Assembly (NCBI GenBank): GCA_010093605.1
Contig: MU004199.1
Coordinates: 1-64,000, forward strand
Reading direction: 5' to 3'
DNA from: Lophium mytilinum
Taxonomy: Eukaryota
Length of the DNA stretch: 64,000 nucleotides
Below the pieces are notes generated by a model. The model was given only the letters and a program-made list of their open reading frames with translations, made no database searches and had not been told where the DNA came from. Below, one piece after another: positions 61,475-64,000 of the stretch. Every line of letters begins with the position of its first letter. Position 1 is the stretch's first letter. A program made the translations under genes and the position numbers.

Positions 61475-61919
61475 CACGGGGCGAGTTGCGGATTGCCAGC
61501 ACGGAAACGTTGGGTTGGGTACCAGTGTCAGCCTCGCTCCTCGTAACGTTACGAACCAACCAACCACAGCTTGACACCAAGCGCGTGGCGCTTTGTTCTA
61601 ATCGGCTGCGCTAGGTCACAACATTCATAAAATTCACAACTTTATTGGAAATCCACCGAGACAACTACAACAGCAGTATTCGACACTTCGAACCCGACGG
61701 GTCCCAATTACCACCTGGAAGGAAGGAGGCTGAGTTAGTTCATAGTCAATCATCATGCTTCGCCACTGCCACGTCAATTCCTTGTATTTCACTCCTGGGC
61801 TCGAAATTTGCGACAACCTCATGAACTCCACAAGTATCATCAGCAAGGGCGGCTCAATAACTTAGAGCTCTGACCTAGCTGGGCTATGCCGCAAACTTGG
61901 TTCATCATAGCCACCAGTG

Positions 61920-61965
61920 GATTTGTATGTCAATCCCGAGTTGATTTGCATGTCAATCCCGAGTT
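61920..61965. repeat. 23-bp tandem duplication
   Basis: gatttg(t/c)atgtcaatcccgagtt occurs twice. Confidence 0.9.
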
Positions 61966-62304
61966 GCGTGCATGAAGAACTGCACGAGCGTAGAGAAACG
62001 GAGAGATCTAACATAGTATAACCATTATCGAAATATCCTCATGAGATTTAAATTTCTACTCTTCTTAAGCCGTCAAAACTCACCCAACTCACATACACTG
62101 TCTCTAAAATGAGAAGCTATGAACTCTCCGTAGTGATTCTTTCAGAAAAACACTTAATCCCTTCCCCCGCACCGCGCCAACTCAGCCAGTTCGATCCATC
62201 TTCTTTTGTACGTCCATGTCCTATTTCGTGCCATGGCAAATAGAATTGATGGAGGCGCTCTCAACCAGCCATTTTTAGCCGACCTCGTGCTTCACCCGCT
62301 CCTA

Positions 62305-62532
62305 CAGTACTAAGCCATAAGTCTGGGCACATAGATCTTTCTCTGCTTTGCTTTAATGGTACTTACTCGACACAACTGTAGGGGGTAGCCTGGCTGCTAA
62401 GCAGCGTGTTAGTCAAGAGGCAGTCTAATCTATAATGCTTGAAACTTGACATCGCCCTTGGATCTTCGAAATCCTTAGGGAGCGCCACAAGTAGTGGCGA
62501 ACTAGGGTGCCCAGACTTATGGTCTATTACTG
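62305..62532. mobile_element. 228-bp MITE-like element with ~26-bp TIRs (Tc1/mariner/pogo-like ends)
   Basis: Left end cagtactaagccataagtctgggcac follows TA. Right end gtgcccagacttatggtctattactg is followed by TG, so the target duplication is imperfect. Confidence 0.75.
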
Positions 62533-62716
62533 TGCCATTAAGAAGATGGAAAGCGTCGTTGGCCGCTTCATCGTGAGCGGTACAGTACTATGACATATGT
62601 TTGGGCACCTGAAGATACCACTGCTTCGGCTTCACTCTTGCTCAATCAACACCACCGTAAGGGAATACCCTAGCTAGTAGGTGTTTCTTTTGTCAAGAAA
62701 TAGCCTGGTACTCACG

Positions 62717-63895
62717 CTACTGCTTCCTACCCACGCTCCAGCCGACCTTCATTTGAGTCTCGCAACCCAGCTCCACAGAGTTTTTGACGAGGTCTTCATC
62801 CAGAACGACCTCTCCCTTGGGGTACAACACAATGACTGTGCTGCCACCGTACAAGAACCTCCCAAGACACTGGCCTCTCTTGACCTCAGCACCAATCTTT
62901 GATGCTGGGACGTACTGAATGCTGCCCACCAACATAGCACCGACAGCAATGATGGCAATAGGCGCTCCGGTTGAGGATCGACGCAGCGTCATAACCGACC
63001 GCCTATTCTCGCAAAATACGTCCAACGTCCCGGGCTCGTTGATCGCCTGCGGGTTCACCGTATAATACGTTCCAGGGATCTCGTTGATCTGCTCCACCGT
63101 CCCATCCACCGGCGCATGCCAGCGATGATAGTCCTGCGGCGCCAGCCTCGCAATCACAATCGAGCCGCCATCAAACTGCCTAGCCAGCTCTTCACTCCCC
63201 ACCAACTTAGGAATCGAGAACCCGAACCCCTTGATCCAGTACTTCGTCGCCAGATCCACCGTCTGAAACGCCGTTAGCCTACAATCCGCCACACTACTCG
63301 TGACCCCCTCATCTCCCGGTGCCGCCACCGGCCTCGCCGCCTCTTTGATCTCCCGCGCAAAGAACTCGTTGAACGTCGGATACTGCATAGGGTCCTCTAC
63401 CACCATGTCTTTCATGGAATCCTGCAAGCCGAAGCTGTCAATGAACGGCTGGATATGCGCCTTGCTCTCCGGACTGTCGTACTCCCGCCCCATCTTCTCC
63501 GACTGCTCCTTTAGTAGCTCCAGCGTCCGCGACCAATGCAGCGCCTTCTCCTGTGTCGACCCGTAGTACAGCAGGTGCATGCCGATGCGCACGTACACGC
63601 TCATCGCTTCGAACGTCTTCTGCCCCGTGGCGCGGTCGATCACGTAGTTGCCCATGTGGAACTTGGCCTCGAGCTTCTCAAGCGTCGCGGTAGTTGCTGC
63701 GGTGGGGAAATGCTTTACGAGCCAGGCGTGCGAGGAGGGTTGGTCGCCGGGGGCGTGGAGATGTTGCTCCGGGGGCGACGAGTGGTTGGCGGCGGCGTCG
63801 GTTAGGCCATTGAGGGCGCTGGCTGTCGCGGACCAGCCGGCGTGGTCGAGCGTGGAAGAGTCCTCTTGTGTTGGGTTGGGGGGTTGGGATGCCAT
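62717..63895 (-). CDS. Phosphatidylserine decarboxylase family protein (PSD2-like catalytic domain, no C2 domain)
   Basis: Motifs FNEFFAR, SVADCR, RLAPQDYHRWHAP, YYTVNP, ENRR, VGAMLVGSI and the GGST autocleavage site. Confidence 0.93.
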   Translation of the reverse strand: MASQPPNPTQEDSSTLDHAGWSATASALNGLTDAAANHSSPPEQHLHAPGDQPSSHAWLVKHFPTAATTATLEKLEAKFHMGNYVIDRATGQKTFEAMSVYVRIGMHLLYYGSTQEKALHWSRTLELLKEQSEKMGREYDSPESKAHIQPFIDSFGLQDSMKDMVVEDPMQYPTFNEFFAREIKEAARPVAAPGDEGVTSSVADCRLTAFQTVDLATKYWIKGFGFSIPKLVGSEELARQFDGGSIVIARLAPQDYHRWHAPVDGTVEQINEIPGTYYTVNPQAINEPGTLDVFCENRRSVMTLRRSSTGAPIAIIAVGAMLVGSIQYVPASKIGAEVKRGQCLGRFLYGGSTVIVLYPKGEVVLDEDLVKNSVELGCETQMKVGWSVGRKQ

Positions 63896-64000
63896 TGTGA
63901 AGGTAGGTATGCTCTTTAAGCGCGTAGGCGGTGGGGGAAGTATATGGTCAAATCGATTCAATGGCTTCGTCAATGGATGCCAAAGGGGAATTGATAAAGG

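Noticed and set aside
1..64000. CRISPR array, rRNA, tRNA, telomeric repeats, Starship captain recombinase, PKS/NRPS core gene
   Set aside because: No repeat-spacer array, RNA gene signature, TTAGGG tract, tyrosine recombinase or synthase domain was recognised. A tRNA could be missed by eye.

Overview
Filamentous ascomycete (Pezizomycotina-like) genomic DNA with short GT-AG introns and repeat-induced point mutation (RIP). Positions 1-8430 are an AT-rich RIP-degraded block holding a Tad1-like LINE, a ~210-220 bp repeat family and two 655-N gaps. Positions 8.4-22 kb are a decaying accessory cluster: pseudogenes of an amidohydrolase, a UPC2-like regulator, an alpha/beta-hydrolase, an M20 peptidase and a Zn2Cys6 factor, plus apparently intact MBOAT acyltransferase, MFS permease and SDR genes. 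Positions 22-42 kb hold an F-box-like protein, a multi-pass membrane protein, a spliced kinase-WD40 fusion, CHIP, thymidylate synthase head-to-head with a HAUS3/augmin-like gene, a HeLo-like/ankyrin-like protein, HNT2/Fhit, a tail-anchored orphan, a STEEP1-like gene and myosin light chain. A complete RIP-mutated PIF/Harbinger-type transposon (12-bp TIRs, AAT target duplication) occupies 42027-46039. The rest carries an alpha/beta-hydrolase, membrane proteins, two C2H2 proteins, a Cys-rich F-box-like protein, a MITE and a phosphatidylserine decarboxylase. All family calls come from motif recognition by eye; no database searches were run.
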